A stretch of DNA of 64,000 bases. Origin: Candidatus Levybacteria bacterium RIFCSPLOWO2_02_FULL_37_18. GTDB lineage: Bacteria; Patescibacteriota; Microgenomatia; Levybacterales; UBA12049. A program made the position numbers and the translations under genes. Shown piece by piece: positions 8,665-17,606 of this stretch; position 1 is the first letter of the stretch; each line of letters starts with the position of its first letter. The stretch lies in assembly GCA_001784115.1 (NCBI GenBank), contig MFPD01000011.1:28869-92868 (forward strand), in the 5' to 3' direction. The notes beneath the pieces are model-generated. The model had not been told where the DNA came from. It ran no database searches and was given only the letters and a program-made list of their open reading frames with translations.

Positions 8665-11010
8665 ATGCCTATTTCCCTGCCTTTTTTCAAAAAAAAAGAA
8701 GAGCCTAAATACTTTTTAGTACTGCTTTTAAGAGGAGAAAAAGTCCACGCCGTACTCCTTGAGGAATTGGATGGGAAAATAAAAATACTCGAAAAATCCC
8801 AAGAGTTTTTTCAAAGTTCAATTGAAGACACAAGCGAAGAAGAATTATTAACAGTACTCGATAAAGCCATAACCAATGTAGAATCCACTCTTCCTCTTGA
8901 TTTCCCTACTCACCAAACTGTTTTTGGAGTAAAAGAAAACTGGGTGCTTGATGGGAAAATAAAAAAACAATACCTTAGCAAACTTAAAAGAATCTGCGAT
9001 GAATTAGGTCTTGCTCCAATTGGATTTTTAGTTATCCACGAAGCAATCGGACACTTGATGAAAAAAGAGGAAGGAGCACCTGTATCAACACTTCTAGTTG
9101 AAACCGGTAAGCGATCTTTAATTGTTTCTTTAATAAAAGCAGGAAGAATACTCGAAACAAAAAGCGCTCCGGTTAAAGGATCATATGCTTATACCGTAGA
9201 TACACTTTTAAAAGAATTTGCTACAAGCGAAATCTTGCCTTCTCGAATTACTATTTTTAACGACGACAAAAATGAAGATGTGCTAATGCAGGAATTTATC
9301 GGACACACATGGAGCAAAAGCCTTCCTTTCTTACATGTTCCTCAAATTACAACTCTTTCTAAAGATTTTGGCATATATGCAATTATAACTGCCTCTGCTC
9401 AGCAAATGGGCTTTGAGGTTTTAGAAACAGAAAATGAAGTTGAAATCCACCAACAACTAGAGACTGCAGAGGTTCGTAAACCAGCAATAGAATCAGAAAA
9501 AGAAACCGAAGGCTACCAACCACAAAATGAGGTTCAAAGTGTTAAGGAAAGCCAAAGTTTAGAACGAGAACAAGCAGAAGAGATAGAAAAAGGAGAACAA
9601 GCAGACAACAAAGAAGCTTTATATCCGAAAGAGGACGTATTCCAAAAATTCGGATTCTACAAAGACACAGACATCGCTAAAATTTCAAAAGAAGAAGTTA
9701 TTCCACCCGAACCAATGGCGTCTCAAGAAGAATCATCTGCGCATAAACAATCCTCAAATTCATTTTTATACACGGCCATTTTAATACTCTCAAAAGGAAA
9801 ACACGTTCTTTCTCATACATTTCATACGCATATTAAACATCGTATAAAAAAACCCCGTATTTCTTTTACCATGCCTAAGGGAAAATTTGTTTTGCCGGTA
9901 TTCATAACAATTCTTTTGTTACTAGGAGCAATCCTATTGTATATTTTTGGTATAAAAGCGATTGTCACCTTGACAATCGAACCAAAAGTTATTAAACAAA
10001 CCCAAGACGTCGTATTCGTAAATACGTCTTCTGACTTCTCTAAGAATACTATTGCTGCTGATTTTATTACCATATCAGAAGAAGGATCGGTATCCGAAAC
10101 TATTACAGGCAAAAGAGAAGTCGGAGAAAAAGCCAAAGGATCGGTTACGTTGTACAGCAGATTTACCCAAGATAAAACTCTTCCTTCTGACACAACAATT
10201 ACTTCTTCAAACGGATTGCAGTTTGTATTTGATGATGATACAAAGCTTGCTTCAGCTTCTGCTGGCGCAAGTGCCTCTCCATCAACTACAAAAGCAAATG
10301 TAACGGCAAAACAAATTGGCAAAGAATCTAATCTTCCTTCTGGAACTAAATTTTCTGTTTCATCGTTTGACATATCAGATATAGAGGCAAAAAACGACAG
10401 CGCATTCTCGGGCGGATCGAAAAAAGAAATAACCGCAGTATCAAAAAATGATTTACAAAAAGCTCTAGACGATTTACCAAAACAACTCGAACAAAAAGCC
10501 AAAGAGGACCTTTCTAAAAAGGTATCAAAAGACCAAGCTATTCTTCCTTCCTTTATCTCAACCACTGTGGGTAAAAAAGATTTTGATAAAAAAGAAGGAG
10601 AAGAAGCAAAATCTCTAATACTTAAAGGAACCGTAGACTATAAAGCAATCGCATACAAGAGAAGTGATTTTATTCTTTACGCAACACGTATTCTTTCAAA
10701 CAGCTTTCCCAGCAATTTTTCCATTTCTCAAAATAATCTAAAAGAAACCGTTAAAAGCATTAAGCAAAAAAATGGTTCGGAAGTTTTATCAACCCTGGAA
10801 ATCCAAGCGTTTTTAGTATCTAAATTAGATATGGAAAATATGAAAAAAAACATTACCGGAAAGACGTTTTTGCAAGCAGAGGATCTTTTATTAAAACTTC
10901 CGCAAGTTTCTGATGTAAGAATTATTCTTTCTCCCAATGTGTCATTTTTACCCAAGTTCCTGCCCCGAATTTCTAAGAATATAGAAATTCGGACGAAAGT
11001 AAATGACTAA
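8665..11010 (+). CDS. Actin-fold (FtsA/PilM-like ASKHA) N-terminal domain + E/Q-rich linker + single TM + large extracytoplasmic domain; hypothetical
   Basis: N-terminal ~270 aa show ASKHA-like blocks (KYFLVLLLRGEKVHAVL; CDELGLAPIGFLVIHEAIG; LLVETGKRSLIVSLIKAGRILE...GSYAYTVD) resembling FtsA phosphate-1/phosphate-2 (…VDIGGGTTDIAV…) but degenerate. TM segment FVLPVFITILLLLGAILLYIFGI at ~aa 415-440, followed by a ~340-aa Ser/Thr-rich domain. The next gene is a sortase. Confidence 0.45.
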   Translation: MPISLPFFKKKEEPKYFLVLLLRGEKVHAVLLEELDGKIKILEKSQEFFQSSIEDTSEEELLTVLDKAITNVESTLPLDFPTHQTVFGVKENWVLDGKIKKQYLSKLKRICDELGLAPIGFLVIHEAIGHLMKKEEGAPVSTLLVETGKRSLIVSLIKAGRILETKSAPVKGSYAYTVDTLLKEFATSEILPSRITIFNDDKNEDVLMQEFIGHTWSKSLPFLHVPQITTLSKDFGIYAIITASAQQMGFEVLETENEVEIHQQLETAEVRKPAIESEKETEGYQPQNEVQSVKESQSLEREQAEEIEKGEQADNKEALYPKEDVFQKFGFYKDTDIAKISKEEVIPPEPMASQEESSAHKQSSNSFLYTAILILSKGKHVLSHTFHTHIKHRIKKPRISFTMPKGKFVLPVFITILLLLGAILLYIFGIKAIVTLTIEPKVIKQTQDVVFVNTSSDFSKNTIAADFITISEEGSVSETITGKREVGEKAKGSVTLYSRFTQDKTLPSDTTITSSNGLQFVFDDDTKLASASAGASASPSTTKANVTAKQIGKESNLPSGTKFSVSSFDISDIEAKNDSAFSGGSKKEITAVSKNDLQKALDDLPKQLEQKAKEDLSKKVSKDQAILPSFISTTVGKKDFDKKEGEEAKSLILKGTVDYKAIAYKRSDFILYATRILSNSFPSNFSISQNNLKETVKSIKQKNGSEVLSTLEIQAFLVSKLDMENMKKNITGKTFLQAEDLLLKLPQVSDVRIILSPNVSFLPKFLPRISKNIEIRTKVND

Positions 11011-11704
11011 GCTTTACTATAAAAAATCTAACAAAAAAAATCTAAAGATTATAATCCGTATTGTTTCAATCGGAATATTTCTTGCCGGATTATATGTTCT
11101 TTCGTATGTATTCCTTCCTATATACTCATGGCATATATATTTTGCGCCAGTATTCGCTGCTCAAAATGTAAACTACCCAATTCCTAAATTATTACTTCTT
11201 ACTCCAACAAGTAATACGTCTATTGATACAAAATATCTTGACGCAAAAAATTGGTTTCCTACACTTTCCACGACAGATACTGCTCCAAAAATTTCATCCT
11301 ATACTCTCTCTATTCCAAAACTATCTATTAAAAATGCGCTTGTTTCTACAATTAACAATGATCTCTCAAAACACTTAGTCCATTACCAAGGAACCGCGCT
11401 TCCACCAGACAATGGAAACGCAGTTATTTTTGGTCATTCAACATTGCCGCAATTATTTAATCCAAAAGATTATACAACTATCTTTGCTAGAGCTTATACT
11501 CTTTCTAACTACGATAAAATTATTTTACAAATGCAAGGCATTACCTATACATATAGTATATATAACACGACTGTTGTTAATCCAACTGATACTTCTCCGT
11601 TTAACCAAGACTATGCTTTTAGTCACCTCACGCTTGTTACCTGTACACCTCCAGGAACAACATGGAAACGCTTAATCATAAAGGCAAAAATTGAGAATTT
11701 GTAA
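11003..11704 (+). CDS. Sortase family transpeptidase (membrane-anchored)
   Basis: N-terminal TM anchor. Conserved His (AVIFGHST), catalytic Cys in TLVTCTPPG and downstream Arg (WKRLII), in sortase order. Confidence 0.75.
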   Translation: MTKLYYKKSNKKNLKIIIRIVSIGIFLAGLYVLSYVFLPIYSWHIYFAPVFAAQNVNYPIPKLLLLTPTSNTSIDTKYLDAKNWFPTLSTTDTAPKISSYTLSIPKLSIKNALVSTINNDLSKHLVHYQGTALPPDNGNAVIFGHSTLPQLFNPKDYTTIFARAYTLSNYDKIILQMQGITYTYSIYNTTVVNPTDTSPFNQDYAFSHLTLVTCTPPGTTWKRLIIKAKIENL

Positions 11705-11735
11705 AAAATAACTGCTAAAAGCAAGGAAACGATAT

Positions 11736-11764
11736 TTGACATCAATGCGAAAATACTATTAAAT
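11736..11764 (+). promoter_or_regulatory. Candidate sigma70 promoter (TTGACA-17-TTAAAT) for the phosphorylase gene
   Basis: ttgaca at 11736-11741, 17-bp spacer, ttaaat at 11759-11764. ATG at 11782. Confidence 0.45.
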
Positions 11765-11781
11765 ATACAAATAATTTTTGT

Positions 11782-13104
11782 ATGACCACACAAAGTTCTT
11801 CTAAGAAGGTATGGCCAACACAAAAACCTACTCTTGAAGTCCAAATCGCATTAAACGCAATCAGAAAAAAACTAGTTGGAAAAAGTTTAAGCTACAAAGA
11901 AATCTATGCCATTATGGATTCTATTTCTCACAAACGCTTAGGGGATGTTTTAACAACATATTTTGCCGCCTCAGGTTACTCGACCGGATTTAATAACCAA
12001 GAATTATTTTATCTAACGAAAGCAATGGTTGAAACCGGAGAGCGTCTCCATTTTAAAGGAATCGTCGCAGACAAACATTCAATCGGAGGAATCCCCGGGA
12101 CACGAACAACACTTGTTGTTATCCCTATTATTGCCGCTGCTGGTTTTACAATTCCTAAAAGTTCTTCAAGAGCTATCACAACTCCAGGCGGAACCGCAGA
12201 TGATATGGAGGTTTTAGCACCCGTTGAATTTAGTAAATCCCAGATTTATGACATAGTTAAAAAAACAAACGGCTGTATTGTATGGGGTGGAAGTTTTCAT
12301 ATTGCTCCAGCTGATGATATTATTATCCGAGTTGAAGAGCCTCTTCTATTTGAAAGTTACGATAAAATATTAGTTTCCATTATGGCAAAAAAAATTGCTT
12401 TCGGGTCTAATCATGTCGTAATTGACATTCCATACGGACAATCCGTAAAAGTACACAGACTTAAAGATGCTCAACTTTTAAAAGAAAAATTTGAATTTTT
12501 AGCAGAAAAATTTCATATAAAAATTCGCTGTATTGTCCATAGAACAGACGAACCAACAGGTTGTGGTATTGGTCCAATTCTTGAAACACGCGAATCTTTA
12601 AGAGTCTTAGAACAAAAACCAAATCGACCATTGGATCTGGAAATTCGAAGTTTGAATTTGGCTGGAAACTTATTAGAAATTTGCCTAGAAGATTCTCCTC
12701 AAAAACTACGAAAGACCATAAAAACAGAATATGGAAACGGCATTGGCTGGGCAACGCATCTTTTAAAAATCGGGCTGGCTCTTTCTAAAATGCGAGAAAT
12801 TATAAAAGCCCAAGGAGGGAAAGAGAATATAACAAGCGATGACCTAAAACCAGGAAAACATACATACAAAGTTTACTCTCAAAAAAAGGGAATTGTAAAG
12901 AAAATAAACAGCCATAATGCAACTGTTATTACTAAAACCTTAGGGGCCCCTCATCAAAAAAGAGCTGGAATTTACTTAGAGAAAAAAATAAAAGAACATG
13001 TTGAAAAAGGAGAACTTCTCTATACGCTGTATAGTGATAATGAATTTACTATGGAAGAAGCAAAAAAAACGCTTTCTGAATTCGAAATATTTACAATAGA
13101 ATGA
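11782..13104 (+). CDS. Thymidine phosphorylase / AMP phosphorylase family protein (glycosyltransferase family 3)
   Basis: ADKHSIGGIPG (DKHSTGG motif), TTPGGTADDMEVL and overall TP-family layout. 440 aa. Confidence 0.8.
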   Translation: MTTQSSSKKVWPTQKPTLEVQIALNAIRKKLVGKSLSYKEIYAIMDSISHKRLGDVLTTYFAASGYSTGFNNQELFYLTKAMVETGERLHFKGIVADKHSIGGIPGTRTTLVVIPIIAAAGFTIPKSSSRAITTPGGTADDMEVLAPVEFSKSQIYDIVKKTNGCIVWGGSFHIAPADDIIIRVEEPLLFESYDKILVSIMAKKIAFGSNHVVIDIPYGQSVKVHRLKDAQLLKEKFEFLAEKFHIKIRCIVHRTDEPTGCGIGPILETRESLRVLEQKPNRPLDLEIRSLNLAGNLLEICLEDSPQKLRKTIKTEYGNGIGWATHLLKIGLALSKMREIIKAQGGKENITSDDLKPGKHTYKVYSQKKGIVKKINSHNATVITKTLGAPHQKRAGIYLEKKIKEHVEKGELLYTLYSDNEFTMEEAKKTLSEFEIFTIE

Positions 13105-14048
13105 GGAAACTGGTAATACTTCTTTTTATTTTTGGAACATTTGTTCTCGGCGGTATCGCTTGGTGGAACAATGCGCTTTCTGCCGTTGACAAAAACAACA
13201 CATCAAAAAAAATTTTTGTTATATATAAAGGACAGGGTGTCAAGACAATTGCAAATAATTTAAAACGCGAAAGTTTTATCAAAGACCCAATTGTTTTTTT
13301 TATATTAGTTAAAAAATTAGGAATCGAAGGAAAAATTCAAGCCGGAGATTTTCGTCTTTCTCCTTCTCAGTCGGCAACTGATATTGCCCAAACCTTAACC
13401 CATGGGACACTCGATGTATGGATAACAATCCCCGAAGGACAAAGAGCAGGTGAAATCGCAGATATTTTAAAAGACAATATTTCTACTTTTGAACCCTCTT
13501 GGAAAATTGAATTAAGTCAGCACGAAGGATACTTATTTCCGGATACCTATTTAATTCCGAAAGATGCTTCTATTTCATTTATTATTTCTCATTTAAAAAA
13601 TAATTTTAATAATCAATATGCAAAAGTTCAAACTTCTGAGAATCAAAAAAAAATTGTCACCATCGCATCTCTTATTGAGCGAGAAGCTAAATTTAAAGAA
13701 GATAGACCCCTTGTTTCTTCTGTTATTCATAATAGGCAAAACCTGAGTATGCCGCTTCAAATCGACGCAACTATTCAGTATATGCTGGGTTATCAATATA
13801 ATGAACATAGATGGTGGAAAAAGAATTTAACAAAAGAAGATTTACAAATTGACTCTCCCTATAATACCTACATTCATCCGGGTCTTCCTCCAACCCCTAT
13901 TGCAAACCCAGGGCTTTCTGCATTACAAGCAGCGGCCCAACCTATAAACACAGATTACTTGTATTATATTTCTGATAAACAAGAACACAATCATTATGCA
14001 AAAACACTTGAAGATCACAATGCAAATATTAAGAAGTATGGACTGTAA
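13101..14048 (+). CDS. mltG: Endolytic murein transglycosylase MltG (YceG family)
   Basis: N-terminal TM, conserved SPYNTYIHPGLPPTPIANPG block and LIEREA motif. Confidence 0.85.
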   Translation: MRKLVILLFIFGTFVLGGIAWWNNALSAVDKNNTSKKIFVIYKGQGVKTIANNLKRESFIKDPIVFFILVKKLGIEGKIQAGDFRLSPSQSATDIAQTLTHGTLDVWITIPEGQRAGEIADILKDNISTFEPSWKIELSQHEGYLFPDTYLIPKDASISFIISHLKNNFNNQYAKVQTSENQKKIVTIASLIEREAKFKEDRPLVSSVIHNRQNLSMPLQIDATIQYMLGYQYNEHRWWKKNLTKEDLQIDSPYNTYIHPGLPPTPIANPGLSALQAAAQPINTDYLYYISDKQEHNHYAKTLEDHNANIKKYGL

Positions 14049-14125
14049 AAAACTGTCATTGCGAGGAACTTATGTTCCGAAGCAATCTCTAATTGAGACT
14101 GCTTCGCTCCGCTCGCAGTGACAAG
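14047..14125. terminator. Compound hairpin element (TGTCAT...ATGACA-bounded) between convergent mltG and ytxH-like genes; likely bidirectional terminator
   Basis: aaaactgtcattgcgag...ctcgcagtgacaagtttt outer inverted repeat with nested ggaacttatgttcc and gaagcaatctc/gagactgcttc stems. Sits exactly between the stop codons of the convergent genes. Confidence 0.5.
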
Positions 14126-14134
14126 TTTTAAACA

Positions 14135-14560
14135 TTAATTGATCCGTCTTTTAGGCACTCCGCGGAAGAATCGTTTGGTTTTTTTCTCAAAATTTTCAGT
14201 TACTTTTGCTGCTGTCTCTGCGACATCAGCAGCGTTTGACGCGGCTTTTGCTGCTGTTTGGGCTAATCCACTTACTTTAGAAAGACTTGTTGTGGTAATT
14301 TTTTCAATCGCCGATTCAACCTGCGGTATTGTTTCTTTTACTTTCGAACGAATAACTTGTGATGGTTTAACTTCATCCTCAAGTAAAAAATCCTCCAAGT
14401 CAGAAATTCCTTCGATGCCTTCTTCTGTTAATGTTTTTAACAACCGTTTGCCTTTTTTTGTGCCGAATAAAAATACTCCCACTCCTCCTAAAATAGCTCC
14501 CAATAAAAATCCATTGCCAAATGCGTTTGAATTATGATTGTCGTGATTATTATTACTCAT
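14135..14560 (-). CDS. YtxH-like membrane protein (general stress/DUF948-neighbour family)
   Basis: GFLLGAILGGVGVFLFGTKKGKRL N-terminal helix, then an A/K/E-rich coiled region typical of YtxH. Confidence 0.55.
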   Translation of the reverse strand: MSNNNHDNHNSNAFGNGFLLGAILGGVGVFLFGTKKGKRLLKTLTEEGIEGISDLEDFLLEDEVKPSQVIRSKVKETIPQVESAIEKITTTSLSKVSGLAQTAAKAASNAADVAETAAKVTENFEKKTKRFFRGVPKRRIN

Positions 14561-14831
14561 GTTTTGATTTACCTGCCTTTCTTTTAAAAAAACGCGCTAG
14601 TAAATTTCCTACTTTTACTCCTTCAGAAAGAGCTGAAAATGAAAATAAAGAAGATAAAGGGGAAGAAACTGTCTGGGAAATTACTCCGGCATCGTCTAAT
14701 ATTTTATTTGCTTTTTTTACTGTTCTTCGTAATTCCCGAAGTATTAAAAATACCTGAACACCTAAAATAGCCAAAAGGATTGTGAGTACTGAAATAACTA
14801 TCAAAAGTATAATCTGAGCAGCATCCGCCAT
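14553..14831 (-). CDS. DUF948-like small membrane protein
   Basis: N-terminal TM (IILLIVISVLTILLAILGVQVFLIL) followed by RELRRTVKKANKILDDAGVIS, typical of DUF948/YtxG-like proteins. Confidence 0.5.
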   Translation of the reverse strand: MADAAQIILLIVISVLTILLAILGVQVFLILRELRRTVKKANKILDDAGVISQTVSSPLSSLFSFSALSEGVKVGNLLARFFKRKAGKSKHE

Positions 14832-14916
14832 AGCAGTATTACACTAGCAAAAAATCCACCCCTCGTCAATCCGATCTATCTATAATTTTCCAGTACATCT
14901 TTACAGCTTTTTCTAT

Positions 14917-15981
14917 CTATTCAAGAGGTATGTATTCATTGGCTGAATGAATTACCTCCTTTACACCTGGTCCTAAAACAACTGCTTCGATTCCATGTTG
15001 AGCAAAAAATACTTGATCTGTTGACCCAAGAGAAGTTGTAATAGATAGTTTTGGAAAAAACTTTTTCATTTTCTTTACGACTTCATTGTTACTAGAAATA
15101 TATATTGGTTCAATTGGATTTTTTAGAAATGAGGTGATAATTTCTTCTCCTACTGTTTTTTTAAGTAACTCTAATAATTTTCCGTGAAGCTTCGGGGTTG
15201 TTCTTATATCAAGAGTTACAAAACAAGCGCTTGGAATTTTGTTAATTGATTCACCAGATGTATAAATACCGGTAATATTAAGACTTGGTTCTCCTAATAT
15301 ATAATCCTCAAATTCTATCTGCCAATTCTTAAACTCTTTTTTTATTTTTCCTAGTGTGGCTAAAAATTTTTCAATAGCATTATCAGAAAAATCATGTTGT
15401 TTTGCTCCGTGACCAGCTTTTCCCAATGCTTGAATTTTGATAAACGCATTTCCTCTATGACCAATTTCTATAGAAGAAAGATTAGTCGGTTCTCCAACAA
15501 TCGCAAAAATTTTCTCATACTGTCATACTGTTTAAAGTATTTAGTTTTTTTAAACCACCTCAAAAAAATTTTGTGTTCCCAAACCATCAGTTTCTTCATT
15601 ACAAACAAATGTAAACCAAACATCAAGTGGAGAATTTTGTAAAGATTTTGCTAAAAGAAGCATTGCTGCGATTGCTCCTTTATTATCACTTGCTCCCAAT
15701 CCATACAGTTTTCCATCAAAAATTTTTCTTTCTAACGAACTACCTTCTATAGTATCCATGTGCGCATTAAAAATAATGCACTTGTTTTTATTTTTTCCTT
15801 TGAAACAAATTACTACATTTCCATGTAGAAGTTTTGCTGGAATATTATTTTGTTTACAAAAATTCAAAATAAAATTTGTGAGCTTTTTTTCCTGTCCAGA
15901 AGGAGAATAGATTTGAACCAGATTCTGTAAAAGTTTTTCAGGATTCATAGTGTTCTCCTTTTCCGCCAAAAAGTTTTTCAC
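14917..15981 (-). pseudogene. M20 family metallopeptidase (ArgE/DapE-like acetylornithine deacetylase-type) interrupted by four clustered in-frame stop codons
   Basis: N-part (15550-15981) has M20 catalytic motifs (NAHMDTIEG, GASDNKGAIAAM, CNEETDGLG). C-part resumes in the SAME frame with ...QYEKIFAIVGEPTNLSSIEIGHRGNAFIKIQALGKAGHGA. Between them lie TAA (15550-52), TAA (15541-43), TAA (15532-34), TGA (15523-25), with an exact 8-bp tandem duplication catactgt|catactgt at 15516-15531. Confidence 0.7.
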
Positions 15982-16191
15982 TTTCTTTTTTTGTTTTCAA
16001 TTTTGCATCAGTTATTCTTCTAATGTTAAAGTGCGTCCAATCGCTATATTTTTTTACGAGGATTTTTTTGAACGATTTCTTGTTTGAAAAGCATTAGTAT
16101 ATGAACCTTCGTTACCCATAAATCATACAAAACCAATTTCTGGTCTAATTCTTTTTGCTTTTCCGAAATAATAAAATGATCCGTGTTCATA

Positions 16192-16969
16192 CTATTTTTT
16201 TTGCATTAAATATAACAGTATTGCCATTTGTGCCCACATCCTATTTTCTGCCTGATCTAAGACAATTGAATTCTTACTATCCAAAACTTCATCAGTAACT
16301 TCAACATTTCTTCTTACTGGCAAACAGTGCATAAAATATGCATTATTCGTTAGTTTCATTTTTTTAGAATCAACAATCCAATTTTTTAATCCTTCTCTGA
16401 TTTTTTTCTCTCTTTCCCAATTTCCGTAATAAGACAAAGCTCCCCAACTTTTAGCACATACCACCTCTGCATCTTTAAAACTTTCTTCCATATTATTTGA
16501 AAATGACAATCTTCCTTCTGCTTCTTGTGATCTTTTTTTCATTGTTTTAACAGTTTCCTCATCTAATTCCCACCCTTTAGGATAAGTAACTGTTACGTCC
16601 ATCCCTAAATCACATGCAGATAAAATTTGAGAATTCGGTGTTGCAATCGGTAATGCTTTCGGATGATAAACCCATGTAAGCACACATTTTTTATTTTTTT
16701 GCATTACCAAGTTTTTCTTTAATTGTCATAGCATCACCCAATCCTTGACATGGATGAAACACGTTAGACTCCATATTAATTACTGGAACTGAGGAATATT
16801 TCATGAATGATTTTACAACAGTATCTTTTTTTAATTCTTCCCAAGCTTTAACATTCACACTCTCAGTTGAACTTGTAATTAATTCGCTTGATCTTATTGC
16901 CAATCCATCACAGTATCTAGATAAAACACCAGATGCTTCTTTTACATGCTCAATGGTATTCTTATTCAT
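16192..16969 (-). pseudogene. argF: Ornithine carbamoyltransferase remnant (N-terminal ~80 aa missing, internal frameshift near 16691-16710)
   Basis: Two overlapping ORFs: 16691-16969 (...SRYCDGLAIRS...VPVINMES...HPCQGLGD) and 16192-16710 (...HCLPVRRNVEVTDEV...). Upstream in-frame sequence (16970-17040) hits a TAA and is not OTC-like. The STRTR carbamoyl-phosphate-binding region is absent. Confidence 0.7.
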
Positions 16970-17009
16970 AGCTACGCCGTCATTAAATTCAAAAGTATAA
17001 CTACCATCC

Positions 17010-17371
17010 CAGGCATTGAGCCAATGATTGCATCTGCAATTTTAGGAGAGATTGGGGACATTAAAAGATTTCCCAATGTTCCATCTCTAATTGCTTATGC
17101 AGGACTGGACCCCACTACCTTTGAATCGGGAAGCAGCATCACAAAACACAGGAAGCTTTCTAAGAAAGGCTCTAAGTATTTAAGAACTGCACTATGGCAG
17201 GGTACTGTTTACTCTTTGGTACATAATCCCAACTTAAAAGCATTCTATGACAAGAAGCTCTCTGAGGGAAAACCAAAACAAGTAGCTTTAGGTGCTGTGA
17301 CCAACAAACTTACCAGGATTATTTATGGCATCCTAAGATCTGGTCAAGATTATCAACTAGATTTTAGTTAG
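17010..17371 (+). mobile_element. IS110-family transposase C-terminal fragment (Transposase_20 domain only)
   Basis: IPGIEPMIASAILGEIGDIKRFPNVPSLIAYAGLDPTTFESGSS...GSKYLRTALWQGTVYSLVHNPNLKAFYDKKLSEGKPKQVALGAVTNKLTRIIYGIL is the IS110-family C-terminal signature. No N-terminal DEDD domain upstream (that space is occupied by the argF remnant). Confidence 0.75.
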
Positions 17372-17542
17372 ATCCAATATCTTGTTAAAGTGCTAAATCT
17401 TTACTCCTTAAATTGGAGTAAATTGTTAGTGTCTTTTTTAGTACTCATACTGCTATCCATTTTTGATACTTGACATTTTATAGCTAGTCTTTGAACCACT
17501 ATTCTAGTTCAAGAGTGTAACCGATGTATCTCATCTTCTGCA

Positions 17543-17598
17543 TGTCATTCAAACTCGATTCAGAATTTCTAAGATCCTGAAATAAACTCAGGATGACA
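17543..17598. repeat. TGTCAT...ATGACA-bounded hairpin element (copy E)
   Basis: tgtcattcaaactcgattcagaatttctaagATCCTGAaataaacTCAGGATgaca. Same terminal motif and TTCAGAAT content as elements A-D. Confidence 0.4.
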
Positions 17599-17606
17599 AG
17601 AAGTAT

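Noticed and set aside
9822-10565. 247-aa antisense ORF within the 781-aa membrane protein gene, and 298-aa antisense ORF 47625-48521 within groEL, 174-aa 30594-31118 within the Clp-like gene
   Set aside because: These are antisense to clearly coding frames with no recognisable motifs. They are long only because of Ser/Leu-rich antisense translation of A/T-rich codons.
15520-15552. Stop-codon reassignment (UGA or UAA read as sense) to explain in-frame stops in the M20 peptidase gene
   Set aside because: Long conserved genes (rpoB, dnaK, groEL, ftsK, infB) have no internal TAA/TGA and terminate on these codons. Four stops confined to a 30-nt patch point to a local lesion, not a genome-wide code change.
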